A DNA stretch of 41,046 nt from a virus (taxonomy: Duplodnaviria > Caudoviricetes), in the IMG/VR virus record IMGVR_UViG_3300037044_000222, positions 1-41,046 of that record; one strand, written 5' to 3'. Made by a program: the position numbers and the translations under genes. A model generated the notes under the pieces. That model ran no database searches, had not been told where the DNA came from, and saw only the letters and a program-made list of their open reading frames with translations. This document shows, in pieces, positions 8,654-17,965 of the stretch. Numbering within the stretch: position 1 is the stretch's first letter; every line of letters starts with the position of its first letter.

Positions 8654-11380
8654 TCAGGTGGGGATGCCGACCTGCATCCGGCGTTTGCGGATGATCTCGA
8701 CGAGCCGGGCCTCGCCCTCGGCCGACTCGAGGAACTGCCGGGCCTGATTGCGCGAGTCCACGAGCACCAGGCTGAGGTTGAGCTTAGACGGGTCAGTGGT
8801 CCCCCCGCCGGTGTCTCCACGGGCTCCGGCCGGTGACGCCCCACCGAACGCGCCTCCGCTGGCCTGGGGACCCAACCGGGCGCCCAGGGCCTGCAAAGCC
8901 GGTTCGCCGTAATGGCGGAACGCCTCGGGATCGACCCGGAGCCCGCCGCTGGCCAACCGGCCGAAGATCGTGCCTTCCTGCCAAGCCAACCGGTTCTGCT
9001 CGGTGAGCACTTGGGCCAGCCCCGGAGGAGTCCCGATTTGCCCTTGGGAGCCTTCCGGCGCCGCGCCGGGGGTGTTGGGGTTCCCCAGGCTTGCGTGGTG
9101 CGTGGGAGAGCCTTGGGTGCGTGGGATGGGGCGTGTTTGGGCCCCGGTGAGGTCCTGGATGCCGGCGAAAGCAGCCGCGATGCCCAGGTTGACCACGTCC
9201 TCCCCCCGCCGGATGCGCTCGAAGAACTCCGTCCCGTACTGGCTGACCCGTTCGGCAGGGATGACGTACTCGCCGGGGGACAACCGGGCCAGGACCCGAT
9301 CTTCCTTCGGCCCGCCAGGACCTCGGACCATGCCGCCCTGGGCGAACGCGCCGGACATGGCGGCGATGGCGGCGAATAGGGCCGCCGTGCCCACCAGGGC
9401 GGCGACGCCGTAGCTGGAAATGGAGGACATGAGGGCGCCGGGCGCCTTGGCGGCGGCATCGGCTGCCCCTTCCTTTTGCGAGAACAGGATGTTCTTCACC
9501 GCCATCATGGCCCGACCCACGAGCCACTCGGCGAACATTCGGGAGATCGCGTTGACTACCGCCGTCCCGAGGGTCTGGGCCACGTTCCGCAGGGCATCCG
9601 CCCAGTCCATCGTGCCCCGGATCAGCCCGGACATGCTCTCGGCGATCCCGTCAATGGCCGAACCGACGACGGACGTGAAGCTCCGCGCGATCTGCTGGGC
9701 CAGGGTCCCGATTCGCCGGGCCATGTCATCGGCCGCGACGAACAACTGGTCCCGGATCGAAGCCGGGTCACCCTGGCTCTGCTGCTTGGCGAGGTCCGTC
9801 CCGAGGCTGGCCTGATCGCGCTCGGCCGTGCGGATCTGCTGGATGAGCAACTGGCGGGTCTGCTCATCCTGTTCGAGTTCGAGCCGCTGCTTGAGCTTGC
9901 GGATGTGCTCCTCGATCAGGGCCAACTCCTCCCGCTTCCAGGCGAGGGTCTGCCGGTAACGCTCGGTGTCGGAGGCGAACCGGTCGGCGTCGAGCCGGGC
10001 AATGGACGTGTGGAGATCGAGGCGCCGGTCGGCGAGGGTCTGGGCCTGCGTTTCGAGTTCGAGCTTGGTCCGTTGGCGGACGATGGTCGTCGAGTCGAAC
10101 TCGCCCGGCTCGAAGGCCCCGGCCTCGAGGGCGGCGGCGGGCGGCTTGGCGTGGTCCATCTCCCACTCGAAACGGATCATGGCCGTGCCGGTGGCATCGA
10201 GGGCGTCGGACCACTTGCGCATCGCCCGGTGGTGGGTCTCGAAAGCGTACTCCCCGACCTCGACCACGGTGTCCATGACCCGCGCCACCCCGCCGGCGAT
10301 GTCGGCGGTGGCCTTGGCCGCCGAAACGGTCATGTCCTTGAGGGCGGTCTTGGCGAGCCTGGCGGCCACTCCGAACTGCCGGGCGAACACCGCAGCCATG
10401 ATGGTCCCGAGGGCCTCGAACTGCCGGAGCATCTCCCCGACGCTCGCGGTTACCACCTTCCCCAGGTCGTAAATCGCCCCGGCGAACCGCCCCAGGGCGA
10501 ACAGGGGTACGGAGAGGTAATCGGTCAGGATGTCGAACGCGGTGGCCAGGACCTTGACCGCTTCGGCCGCGCCGACCAGGAACCAGGCCAGCTCCTTCAA
10601 CACCACGGAAAGCGCCCGCCCAACGACACCGAGGGCCTGGCTCGACTTGGCCAGGGCCACGATCCGGTCGGTCAACGCCACCAACGCCGGCAACAACTCG
10701 GCCGCGATCTGCTGGAACATGCCCCGCACCGCGTACTGCAACCGTTGCAGGTTGTCATTGAAGTCCCCGGCCGCCTGGGCCGCCTGCGGGGTCACCTCGA
10801 CGCCGAAGACCCTGGCTTCCTCCTGCAACCCGCGAATGGCTTCGGCTCCCTGGTTCAGGAACGGGATCAGCTCAGAACCCGATTTCCCGAGCAACTGCAT
10901 CGCCAGCGCCGTTTTCTGAGCGCCGTTGGGCATTTCGGCGAACCGGTTGGCGATTTCCAGCATGACATCGCTCGAGGACCGCAGCGACCCGTCCTCATTC
11001 CGAACCGACACCCCGAGCGCCTGATAGGATTCAGTGTAGGCTTGGGCTCCCTGGGCCGCCTCAAAGATGCTTCGGTTGAGGAACCGCAAGCCCACCTCCA
11101 ACTGTTCGACATTGGCCTTACTGATTGCCGCCGCGTAACCGAGCGTCGAAAGCTCCTGCACCCCCACGCCGGCCTTCTGGGCGGCAGCGCCCGCAGCATC
11201 CAGCGTGTTGACCGCCTCCTGAAGCCCACGGGTCAACTCGCGCACCGACAACCCTGCCCCGACCAGGGCGCCGAGGCCTCCGACCCATGACTTCACACTC
11301 GAAAGCACGCCACCGAGCGCCTTCTGGACGGCCGAGGCGCCCTTGGTCGTCAGCTCGATCTCGATGCGCGGTTTGGCCAT
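8654..11380 (-). CDS. Tape measure protein
   Basis: 908 aa, Ala-rich helical; KTALAMQLLGKSGSELIPFLNQG; C-terminal GG.VRGPG...D.VLARLS.GEYV. Confidence 0.95.
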   Translation of the reverse strand: MAKPRIEIELTTKGASAVQKALGGVLSSVKSWVGGLGALVGAGLSVRELTRGLQEAVNTLDAAGAAAQKAGVGVQELSTLGYAAAISKANVEQLEVGLRFLNRSIFEAAQGAQAYTESYQALGVSVRNEDGSLRSSSDVMLEIANRFAEMPNGAQKTALAMQLLGKSGSELIPFLNQGAEAIRGLQEEARVFGVEVTPQAAQAAGDFNDNLQRLQYAVRGMFQQIAAELLPALVALTDRIVALAKSSQALGVVGRALSVVLKELAWFLVGAAEAVKVLATAFDILTDYLSVPLFALGRFAGAIYDLGKVVTASVGEMLRQFEALGTIMAAVFARQFGVAARLAKTALKDMTVSAAKATADIAGGVARVMDTVVEVGEYAFETHHRAMRKWSDALDATGTAMIRFEWEMDHAKPPAAALEAGAFEPGEFDSTTIVRQRTKLELETQAQTLADRRLDLHTSIARLDADRFASDTERYRQTLAWKREELALIEEHIRKLKQRLELEQDEQTRQLLIQQIRTAERDQASLGTDLAKQQSQGDPASIRDQLFVAADDMARRIGTLAQQIARSFTSVVGSAIDGIAESMSGLIRGTMDWADALRNVAQTLGTAVVNAISRMFAEWLVGRAMMAVKNILFSQKEGAADAAAKAPGALMSSISSYGVAALVGTAALFAAIAAMSGAFAQGGMVRGPGGPKEDRVLARLSPGEYVIPAERVSQYGTEFFERIRRGEDVVNLGIAAAFAGIQDLTGAQTRPIPRTQGSPTHHASLGNPNTPGAAPEGSQGQIGTPPGLAQVLTEQNRLAWQEGTIFGRLASGGLRVDPEAFRHYGEPALQALGARLGPQASGGAFGGASPAGARGDTGGGTTDPSKLNLSLVLVDSRNQARQFLESAEGEARLVEIIRKRRMQVGIPT

Positions 11381-11381
11381 G

Positions 11382-11594
11382 TCAGCGGTGGCCCGCCTTC
11401 AGCGCCCGGTTGACGGCTTCGAGCCGTTCGAGGGCGAGGCGGGCGAAGTGGAACAGTTGGCGGACGGTCATCCCCTCGGTGTCGGCCAGCGAGTAACCCT
11501 GGTTCACCAGCAGATCAATCAGCCGTCCCCAGGAGACCGGGTCTCGACGCCGAGCGCCTTGCTGAGCGCCTGGCCGACGCCGCGGGCTTTTCCC
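11382..11594 (-). CDS. gpT-like extension of the tail assembly chaperone, made by -1 frameshift
   Basis: In-phase G GGA AAA at 11594-11588; the -1 frame reads ...VSWGRLIDLLVNQGYSLADTEGMTVRQLFHF... and stops 1 nt before the tape measure ATG. Confidence 0.8.
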   Translation of the reverse strand, partial: GKSPRRRPGAQQGARRRDPVSWGRLIDLLVNQGYSLADTEGMTVRQLFHFARLALERLEAVNRALKAGHR

Positions 11595-11920
11595 AGCAGG
11601 TCCTCGTGCAGGTTGACTTCGACGGCCGCGGCCATGAGATCGAAGACCTCGACGGGTCGGAGGTCATCGAGCCACTCCCGGCCCTTGCCGGTGGCCCGTT
11701 CGAGTAACTCCGTCGCCAGGTCCCCGCTCCGGGCGATGACCGCGCCGAGCTTCTCAGGGGTCACCACCAGCCGGCCGTCGGGTTCGGTGAACTGGCCCAT
11801 CAGCCCGGAGAGCTTCTCGGTGAACGCAATCGCGTCCTTCCAGCGCATCTCGCGCACGGTGACGGTCTCATTGCGGAGGGACACCTCCCGGACGGGGTGA
11901 AGGATGGCAAAGTCAGTCAT
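11519..11920 (-). CDS. Tail assembly chaperone (gpG-like)
   Basis: Lies between tail tube and tape measure genes; slippery site near its 3' end. Confidence 0.85.
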   Translation of the reverse strand: MTDFAILHPVREVSLRNETVTVREMRWKDAIAFTEKLSGLMGQFTEPDGRLVVTPEKLGAVIARSGDLATELLERATGKGREWLDDLRPVEVFDLMAAAVEVNLHEDLLGKARGVGQALSKALGVETRSPGDG

Positions 11921-11984
11921 GGGTCAGTGGCGAAGGGCCGGGGCGAGGCTTTACCCCCGCCCCGGCTTGGGTGGGGGGGCTGTG

Positions 11985-12731
11985 CTATGCGGCGGAACGG
12001 CGCTTGATCGTCGGCTTGCTGGTGGCCGTGGCCCGGACCTTCCAGACGCCAAACTCGCCTGACTGAGTCGGGAACTCCGTGGCCCGGAGGACCCCGTTGA
12101 ACGTGGTGGTCCGCAGCGGGACCCGGGAGAACTGGTTCGTCTCGAGGATCATGACATCCCCGCGCAGGGTCGGCACCGAGTTGCCGCCGGTGAACACCTC
12201 CCAATCCAGAGCCGCGTTGCCGAAGGTGAGACTGACATCGTCGCCGGCGACCAGCGTGGTGCCGTAGAACCGGATCAGGCCGGCATCGAGATCCACATCG
12301 TAATCGGTGCCCTCGACCAGCGGAGTCACCCCTTTGGTGGCGACCACGGTGTTGAGCCCGACCTTCCCAATCGGATACCAGCGGTTGGGCACGAGGTCGG
12401 TGATCGTCGCCGTGCCGGCCGGGGCCGTGGCCGCCGCCTGCTCGACGTTCGCGCCCTGGGTGGACGCATCCTTGATCTTGAGGAGTTCAGCGTCCAACTC
12501 GTCGAGGGTGAAGTCCCAGGCGTAGGAGAGCACATCAGTCTGCTCGTCGTTGGTCCGGCGGAAGCCCGCCTCGGCCACGACGCGGGTGACCGCGGTGCGC
12601 TCGTGCGCCTCGCTGTACTCCTTGACGTTGCCCAGGTCCACGTAGGCCGACTGGCCATTGGGCTTGAAGAGGACGCGGGCGGTGAGTTTCTCGTGGGCCT
12701 CGATGTGGCCGAGGGTGATGGCGCTGGGCAT
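11985..12731 (-). CDS. Major tail tube protein
   Basis: YVDLGNV, FTLDE and LVEGTDYDVDLDAGLIRF motifs; position. Confidence 0.8.
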   Translation of the reverse strand: MPSAITLGHIEAHEKLTARVLFKPNGQSAYVDLGNVKEYSEAHERTAVTRVVAEAGFRRTNDEQTDVLSYAWDFTLDELDAELLKIKDASTQGANVEQAAATAPAGTATITDLVPNRWYPIGKVGLNTVVATKGVTPLVEGTDYDVDLDAGLIRFYGTTLVAGDDVSLTFGNAALDWEVFTGGNSVPTLRGDVMILETNQFSRVPLRTTTFNGVLRATEFPTQSGEFGVWKVRATATSKPTIKRRSAA

Positions 12732-12746
12732 AGGTGAGTTTCGGGG

Positions 12747-12953
12747 TTACGGGGTTGACTCTGGTTCGGAGGGTTCGGTCGCCGGCTCAGGGGCTGCGAC
12801 CGAGGGAAGCGGGTCCGCCAAAACGCCGACGCCCAGGTTCACCACGAACTGGGCCGACGGGGCCGGCAGGTTCACGACCATGCCCGCCTTGAAGGTCCGG
12901 GCATTGACGATGTGCTCGCGCAAGAGGCGCACGCGGATGGCGGAAGAGATCAT
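12747..12953 (-). CDS. Small virion-associated hypothetical protein
   Basis: 68 aa, VRLLR..FKAG.VV.LP...A..VV.LG; coupled to the upstream gene. Confidence 0.55.
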   Translation of the reverse strand: MISSAIRVRLLREHIVNARTFKAGMVVNLPAPSAQFVVNLGVGVLADPLPSVAAPEPATEPSEPESTP

Positions 12954-12954
12954 G

Positions 12955-13275
12955 TCAGCGGCGGGCTTTGTCGGACGGAGGCGGGTTGGTGTAGATGCAG
13001 GGGCGGGTGCCCAGCTCGTCCCGCAGATCCTGGAGCGCCTTGACCACGAGCGCCTGCTGGTTGACCAACTGCCGCACCAGCCAGGCCGAGAACCCGATGG
13101 CCACAATAGCCGTCGCCAGCGAGAGCCACACCACGTCCTTCTCGCGGGCCAGGTCGATGGCCTGGATCGCCTCGTTCACCTCGGGGGTCACCGCCAACGC
13201 CACCAGGCTGGCGCCATGGACGGCCCAGAGCCCCGTTGCCAGGAGGGTCAGTTTTCGCACCTTAGCCGGTTCCAT
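12955..13275 (-). CDS. Membrane protein, possible holin
   Basis: Two hydrophobic segments plus a coiled-coil, basic C-terminus. Confidence 0.5.
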   Translation of the reverse strand: MEPAKVRKLTLLATGLWAVHGASLVALAVTPEVNEAIQAIDLAREKDVVWLSLATAIVAIGFSAWLVRQLVNQQALVVKALQDLRDELGTRPCIYTNPPPSDKARR

Positions 13276-13717
13276 GGGGGACAGTGGTCAGGAGCGTGGA
13301 CGCGCAGACCAGCACGCGGTTGACTCCGTTGACCCGGCCGTCATTGATGAACGGCGGGTCCTCGAGCGTGATCCGGTCCGCCCCCACTTTGGCCCCGGAC
13401 AACGCTTCCATGACGTACTCGGTGGCGTCTTCGTGCTTGAGTCCGACTCCCTGCTCGGACCGGCAGACCGCCACGTTCTCCTCGACGAACACGAAAACAT
13501 CCAGGCGCTGGACCACCGCCCCCGTTCGGGACATGTCCACGAGCCCGCCACTCTCGACCCGCCACACCAGCAGGCACAGGCCCGCCTTGCGCAGGACGGT
13601 CTGCCGCTGCTGATTCGCCTCACCGGTGCCGTCATCCAATACGACGCCCGCATCCCGCAGCCCCGGGTGAGCTTCCAGCAGGGTCTTCACGTGCGTCTGG
13701 ACCTCGCTGATCCTCAT
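13262..13717 (-). CDS. Putative tail terminator
   Basis: 151 aa, ATGA-coupled, upstream of the tail tube gene. Confidence 0.55.
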   Translation of the reverse strand: MRISEVQTHVKTLLEAHPGLRDAGVVLDDGTGEANQQRQTVLRKAGLCLLVWRVESGGLVDMSRTGAVVQRLDVFVFVEENVAVCRSEQGVGLKHEDATEYVMEALSGAKVGADRITLEDPPFINDGRVNGVNRVLVCASTLLTTVPHGTG

Positions 13718-14460
13718 GCCAGTCCCGCCTTTCGCGCCTGGGCCACCAGGGCGCCTTCGATCCAGCGGCGCATCCGGCCCTCCCGCCGGGTCATGGCCTT
13801 GCGCACCACGATGCCGGCCAGCCGATCTCCCGCCCAATGCGCCTCGTTCTGCATCGTCAGCGACGGTTCAGCCTGGTCGGTCCGGTCAATCAACCTTCCG
13901 TACCGCAGGTGTGGTGTCAGCCACGCCTGCACCCGCCGACCCAGGGCTTTCTGCGACGCTGCCCAGCCACCCTTGGCCAGGCCGACCCGCGCCTTGATCC
14001 GCTTCACGTAGGCCACGTGCTCGGCCAGGTCAGGCGTCGCGCGGCCCGTGTCCCTGCGCACCCGGCCCTCCGGGTCTCGCGCCTCCTGATGCAACCGGGG
14101 CGAGAACGGCACGATGCGCAGCGAGCTGAACCGGCTGAAGACCTTTTGCAGCGCGTCGTAGTTCTTGGAGCGGATCAGCTCGGCCATCCCATCGGAGGTC
14201 CACTTCCGGGGATCCAGTGGCCGGACCGCCCGGCGGATGTCCCGCTCGACCCGGGCCTCCCCCGCCTTCCGCGCGCCGTAGGACTTGCCCCCGACCGTCC
14301 CGGCCTGGGGCGGCGTGTCGCGGACCAACTCATCGGCCAACAGACCCGCCTGGAGCCGGAGCCCTTCGGCCAGCGAGATCCGCTTGAGGGCGATAAACCG
14401 GTTCATCGCCGCCTCGAAGGTGGACGTGTCCACCCGCACGCCGTCAGGCAACTCGCTCAC
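13714..14460 (-). CDS. Neck / tail-completion protein
   Basis: Basic 248-aa protein, RDTPP and RVGLAKGGW motifs; position. Confidence 0.6.
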   Translation of the reverse strand: MSELPDGVRVDTSTFEAAMNRFIALKRISLAEGLRLQAGLLADELVRDTPPQAGTVGGKSYGARKAGEARVERDIRRAVRPLDPRKWTSDGMAELIRSKNYDALQKVFSRFSSLRIVPFSPRLHQEARDPEGRVRRDTGRATPDLAEHVAYVKRIKARVGLAKGGWAASQKALGRRVQAWLTPHLRYGRLIDRTDQAEPSLTMQNEAHWAGDRLAGIVVRKAMTRREGRMRRWIEGALVAQARKAGLA

Positions 14461-14804
14461 GACCCCTCCCGCTCACAGGTGAACCGGTCCAGGATGTCCA
14501 CCCCGCCCCGTTCGATCCGCACCACCCGATAGAACCCCCCCGCGGTGTCGTCTCGGAACACCGAGCCGATCGCCACACTCTTGCCCACCAGGGCCGAGCG
14601 GAGGACGGCCAGCCGGACCGCGGTGCGCTGGTCTTCGTCCACAAGGCGGGGGCCAAAGTCCGCCGGGGACCCGGGTAACGGACTCTGGTACTGCTCGACC
14701 AGGGCAAGGAACGAATCCCCGTCGGGCAGCAGTGTAAGGGTCACCCCCCGTTGAGTCGCCAAAGCCTGGAACCCGGCGACCCGCGCTTGTTGGACGGCGG
14801 TCAC
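14457..14804 (-). CDS. Head-tail joining (stopper-like) protein
   Basis: 115 aa, GTGA-coupled, beta-rich C-terminus. Confidence 0.55.
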   Translation of the reverse strand: MTAVQQARVAGFQALATQRGVTLTLLPDGDSFLALVEQYQSPLPGSPADFGPRLVDEDQRTAVRLAVLRSALVGKSVAIGSVFRDDTAGGFYRVVRIERGGVDILDRFTCEREGS

Positions 14805-15040
14805 GGCTTCTTGCGGGACTCGAACCGGCCCAGCAACCAGGCCACATCCGGGTTGCTCCGGGCCAGTGTCCGCAGGCGGGTGAGCCGGCCTTGCTCGGTC
14901 TGGGTCCGCGACACCGCCGCCACCATCCCGGCGGTGATCGGCGGGGCCGGCGGACACGGATCCACCGACGCGGCGGCCGGCTTCGGCTCCTGCGCGACCG
15001 TCGGCGCCGTCTCGACCTTCAGCGGCTTGGAGGTCTTCAT
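14801..15040 (-). CDS. Hypothetical protein (79 aa)
   Basis: Fills the gap between neighbours with tight spacing. Confidence 0.55.
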   Translation of the reverse strand: MKTSKPLKVETAPTVAQEPKPAAASVDPCPPAPPITAGMVAAVSRTQTEQGRLTRLRTLARSNPDVAWLLGRFESRKKP

Positions 15041-15042
15041 GA

Positions 15043-15510
15043 TCAACGCGGCAGCGCGACCGTCGCCGGGGCTTTGCGGACGGCGGTGACGGTGAGGTTG
15101 GTGATGGGTACCGTCGCGGCGTTCGCGATCGAGAGCAGCCTCAGGTACCCCGCGCCGGGGACGCTGATGTTCGTCCACACGGTCTGGACCGTGGCGTTGG
15201 TGCTGGTCGGGATCGTGATCGTCACCGAACCGGTGGTCTCAACCTCGCTGGCGGAGATGCCCCGGGCGAAGGTGTAGACCACGTTGGCCTGGAGATTGGT
15301 CGCCGCCGGTTTCTGCATGATGAGCAGACCGACGTTGTCGATCCGCGCCACCGACACCCCGCCCCCGGCGGTGCCCGAGGTGATCGTGGTCGAAGCGGCG
15401 ACATGGTTGGTGCCGCCCGCGACGATGGGGACGCGGTCGAAGGAACCCTGGCCCAGGGCGGTGATCGCCAGGGCCAGAACGGCGGAGAGCAGAAGGAACT
15501 TGGTGTTCAT
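15043..15510 (-). CDS. Beta-rich protein with a Sec-type signal peptide, in the head-decoration position
   Basis: MNTKFLLLSAVLALAITALG/QG; Thr/Ala/Gly-rich mature part. Confidence 0.7.
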   Translation of the reverse strand: MNTKFLLLSAVLALAITALGQGSFDRVPIVAGGTNHVAASTTITSGTAGGGVSVARIDNVGLLIMQKPAATNLQANVVYTFARGISASEVETTGSVTITIPTSTNATVQTVWTNISVPGAGYLRLLSIANAATVPITNLTVTAVRKAPATVALPR

Positions 15511-15574
15511 GGGGTGATCGAGGTTGTGTGTGGAGGACGGCGCCACGAGGTCACCGCCCCCGCTCCGGGTTCAA

Positions 15575-16615
15575 TCAGCCGTTGGTGCGGATGCAGATGC
15601 CCCCGACGCGGTTGGGGGTCTGGTACATCAGTTGCCAGTTGCCGACGGTCTGAAGCTCGGCATTGGTCGGGCTCTCGGCCACGGGCGTGCCCTTCCACTT
15701 GAGGCCGTTGAGGTGGAGGACGAACCGGGTGCGGTCGTAGATGATCTCGTTGTTCTTGCCCAGGTCTTTGTCCAGTTGCAGCGCGGCCACATCGACCACC
15801 TCGCCGGCCACCTGCGGTTTCTCGCCGTGGGCCAGCACCGCCGGGGCCAAGAGGTAGGTGTCATAGACGTAGCCGTTGCCCGTGCCGGCCCGCGCCAGGG
15901 CCTCGCTCACGTAGAGCGGGATGCTGCGGTACGTGCGCACGGTCCAGGCCCCCATCGAGACCTCCTTGAAGGCCGACGTGGTCGAGTCGGCCTTCTCAAG
16001 ACCGGCCACCACATTCGGGTGGACCAGGAGCGCCCCCGAGGCGAGGTCACCCATCAGTTCGCCCATCAGGGCCTTGGCCTCGATGAACAGGTCCACGTTC
16101 AGCAACTGGTCGGGCGTGGCGTCCAGCCCGCTCTCATCGAACCGGTCCACCTTCAGCGCATGCAGACAGCCCTCGGCGTTGTTGGGCTCGCCCGCGCCGG
16201 AGCCGAACGCCCCGCGCAGGATCGCCAGGAGGGTCCGCTGGCGCTGCTTGAGCCGGCGGGTGGCCATCTGCGCCAGCATCTCGCCCACCGGCTCGCCCCC
16301 GGACAACTGCGCCGAGAAGGCCGTGGCCGAGTTCTTGGTGACCCGGTTGCAGGCGATGCACTTCATCAGGCCGGCGGTGATCTTGTTGTCCACCTGCGGC
16401 TCGGCGTTCTCGACCTGGATTTCGTCTTCCTGGTCGGTGATGTCCCGCCAGAACGGGAGGGTCGCCGTTTCGCCCGGGCCGCTGGCCAGTTCGGTGGCCT
16501 TCTCGCTGGCCGCCACCACGGGGCTGTTGAAGAGGCTCGGCAGCGTGGCGAGCTTTTCCCGCATCGTGGCCAGCCAGATGTCGGGAACCCAGAGATCAGA
16601 GATGGTCGTGGGCAT
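15575..16615 (-). CDS. Major capsid protein
   Basis: 346 aa; TISDLWVPDIW, G.T.TLPFW.D, RTRFVLHLNG.KW and SPTNAEL...NW motifs. Confidence 0.93.
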   Translation of the reverse strand: MPTTISDLWVPDIWLATMREKLATLPSLFNSPVVAASEKATELASGPGETATLPFWRDITDQEDEIQVENAEPQVDNKITAGLMKCIACNRVTKNSATAFSAQLSGGEPVGEMLAQMATRRLKQRQRTLLAILRGAFGSGAGEPNNAEGCLHALKVDRFDESGLDATPDQLLNVDLFIEAKALMGELMGDLASGALLVHPNVVAGLEKADSTTSAFKEVSMGAWTVRTYRSIPLYVSEALARAGTGNGYVYDTYLLAPAVLAHGEKPQVAGEVVDVAALQLDKDLGKNNEIIYDRTRFVLHLNGLKWKGTPVAESPTNAELQTVGNWQLMYQTPNRVGGICIRTNG

Positions 16616-16620
16616 GGGCG

Positions 16621-16659
16621 TCAGAGATCAGAGGTCAGCGGTCAGAGATCAAAGGTCAG
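16621..16659. repeat. Degenerate heptamer tandem repeat (TCAGAGR)n upstream of the capsid start
   Basis: tcagagatcagaggtcagcggtcagagatcaaaggtcag. Confidence 0.8.
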
Positions 16660-17102
16660 TTCTGGGGCGATTGGGAGAGTTCGGCCAGCGAGCTCACACC
16701 CTTGGCACGGAGGACCTTCTCGGTCGGCGTGAGGTCTTCCTCGCGCTTGCCCGCCGCGGCGTCGCTGGGTGCGGGCGTCCGGGCCAGGCCCAGGCGCTGG
16801 ACCTCGGCGGCGACCCGGGCGTTGAAGTCGGTGAGTTGGGCCTCCGCGGCGGCTTTCTCCGCCACTGCCCGCTCGGTGAGCGCCCGGGCGGCCACGGCGG
16901 CCGCTTCGGCTTGCTGGGCCCGGGCGAGGGCCGCCTCCCGCTCGCCCTCGAGTCGCTTGATCGTGTCCTGGGCCTCGAGCAACAGCGCGCTCGAGGCCTC
17001 CTGATCGGTCTTCAGGGTCGCGAGTTCGGTCGTCAGGGCGGTGCGCTGGGCCTCGGCCGCTTGCAGGCGGGCCAGCAGATCGGCTTGGTCGGGCAGTTGC
17101 AT
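16656..17102 (-). CDS. Capsid scaffolding protein
   Basis: 148-aa Ala/Glu coiled coil between protease and capsid genes. Confidence 0.75.
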   Translation of the reverse strand: MQLPDQADLLARLQAAEAQRTALTTELATLKTDQEASSALLLEAQDTIKRLEGEREAALARAQQAEAAAVAARALTERAVAEKAAAEAQLTDFNARVAAEVQRLGLARTPAPSDAAAGKREEDLTPTEKVLRAKGVSSLAELSQSPQN

Positions 17103-17137
17103 GCGCGTGCTTTCGTTCGTCACTAAAGGGGGGGACG

Positions 17138-17965
17138 CTAAGATTTCCCGGCCAGCATCCGGGCCACCGAGCGCGCGTAATCCAACCCTCCCAAAGCATC
17201 CACCAACCCGCGTTCCCGCGCTTGCTGGCCATCGAAGACCTGGCCCCGCATCGCCTCCGCCCCCACCCCGGGACGCGCCCGCAAGACATCGGCCCGGAAC
17301 ACCTCGAACGCCCGTTGGGCCGACCGTTGGAACTCCTCGCCGTGCTCGCGGGGGATCTCCGCTCCCCGCAACCCCGCCGCCTTGAAGGTCCCCTCGGCGT
17401 TGCGGAACACCTTCACCTCGATGCCGACGTTGGCCAGCATCCGGTGGAAGTCCACCACCGACACATACGCCCCGATGCTCCCCACCATCGCGCTGCGCGC
17501 CGCCACGACCGCGTCGGCCTGGGACCCGATCCAGTACGCCAGGCTGCACATCATCCCCCCGGTCCAGGCCACCGTCGGCTTGCTCGCCGCAAACACCGCG
17601 TCGGCAACCTCCGCGCCCCCGACCGAGAACCCGCCCGGCGAGTTCACGTTGAGCACGATCGCCGTCACCCGCGGATTGGCCTCCAGCGCGCGGAGCGCCC
17701 CGGCCACCTCGGCGCTGTCCTCGACCCCCGCGAACGCCAGCTCCTCCAACTCGGGCCGGTACGCCAGCATCCCGTGGATTTCGAGCACGCCCACGCCGTC
17801 CGTGATTTCGGTCCGCGGAGCGAACAGTTCGCGCGCCTTGCGCCAACGCTCGGGCTCACCCGCCCGGGGTGCGGTCGAGAGCCGGGACAGGAACGCCGCG
17901 GCCGCCCGGGGCTCAAGCAGCATCGTCTGCGCGGCCAGCATCGCCGGTAGCTTCATCTCGTTCAT
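17138..17965 (-). CDS. Head maturation protease, S49 family
   Basis: IVLNVNSPGG, MCSLAYWIGSQAD, VGSIG, GLVD motifs. Confidence 0.93.
   Translation of the reverse strand: MNEMKLPAMLAAQTMLLEPRAAAAFLSRLSTAPRAGEPERWRKARELFAPRTEITDGVGVLEIHGMLAYRPELEELAFAGVEDSAEVAGALRALEANPRVTAIVLNVNSPGGFSVGGAEVADAVFAASKPTVAWTGGMMCSLAYWIGSQADAVVAARSAMVGSIGAYVSVVDFHRMLANVGIEVKVFRNAEGTFKAAGLRGAEIPREHGEEFQRSAQRAFEVFRADVLRARPGVGAEAMRGQVFDGQQARERGLVDALGGLDYARSVARMLAGKS

Noticed and set aside
7630-9459. Long N-terminal extensions in the ORF track (also 16656-17846, 28307-29728, 30831-32750, 36964-38487)
   Set aside because: The extensions overlap real upstream genes and are low-complexity shadow frames; starts were reassigned to coupled ATG/GTG codons
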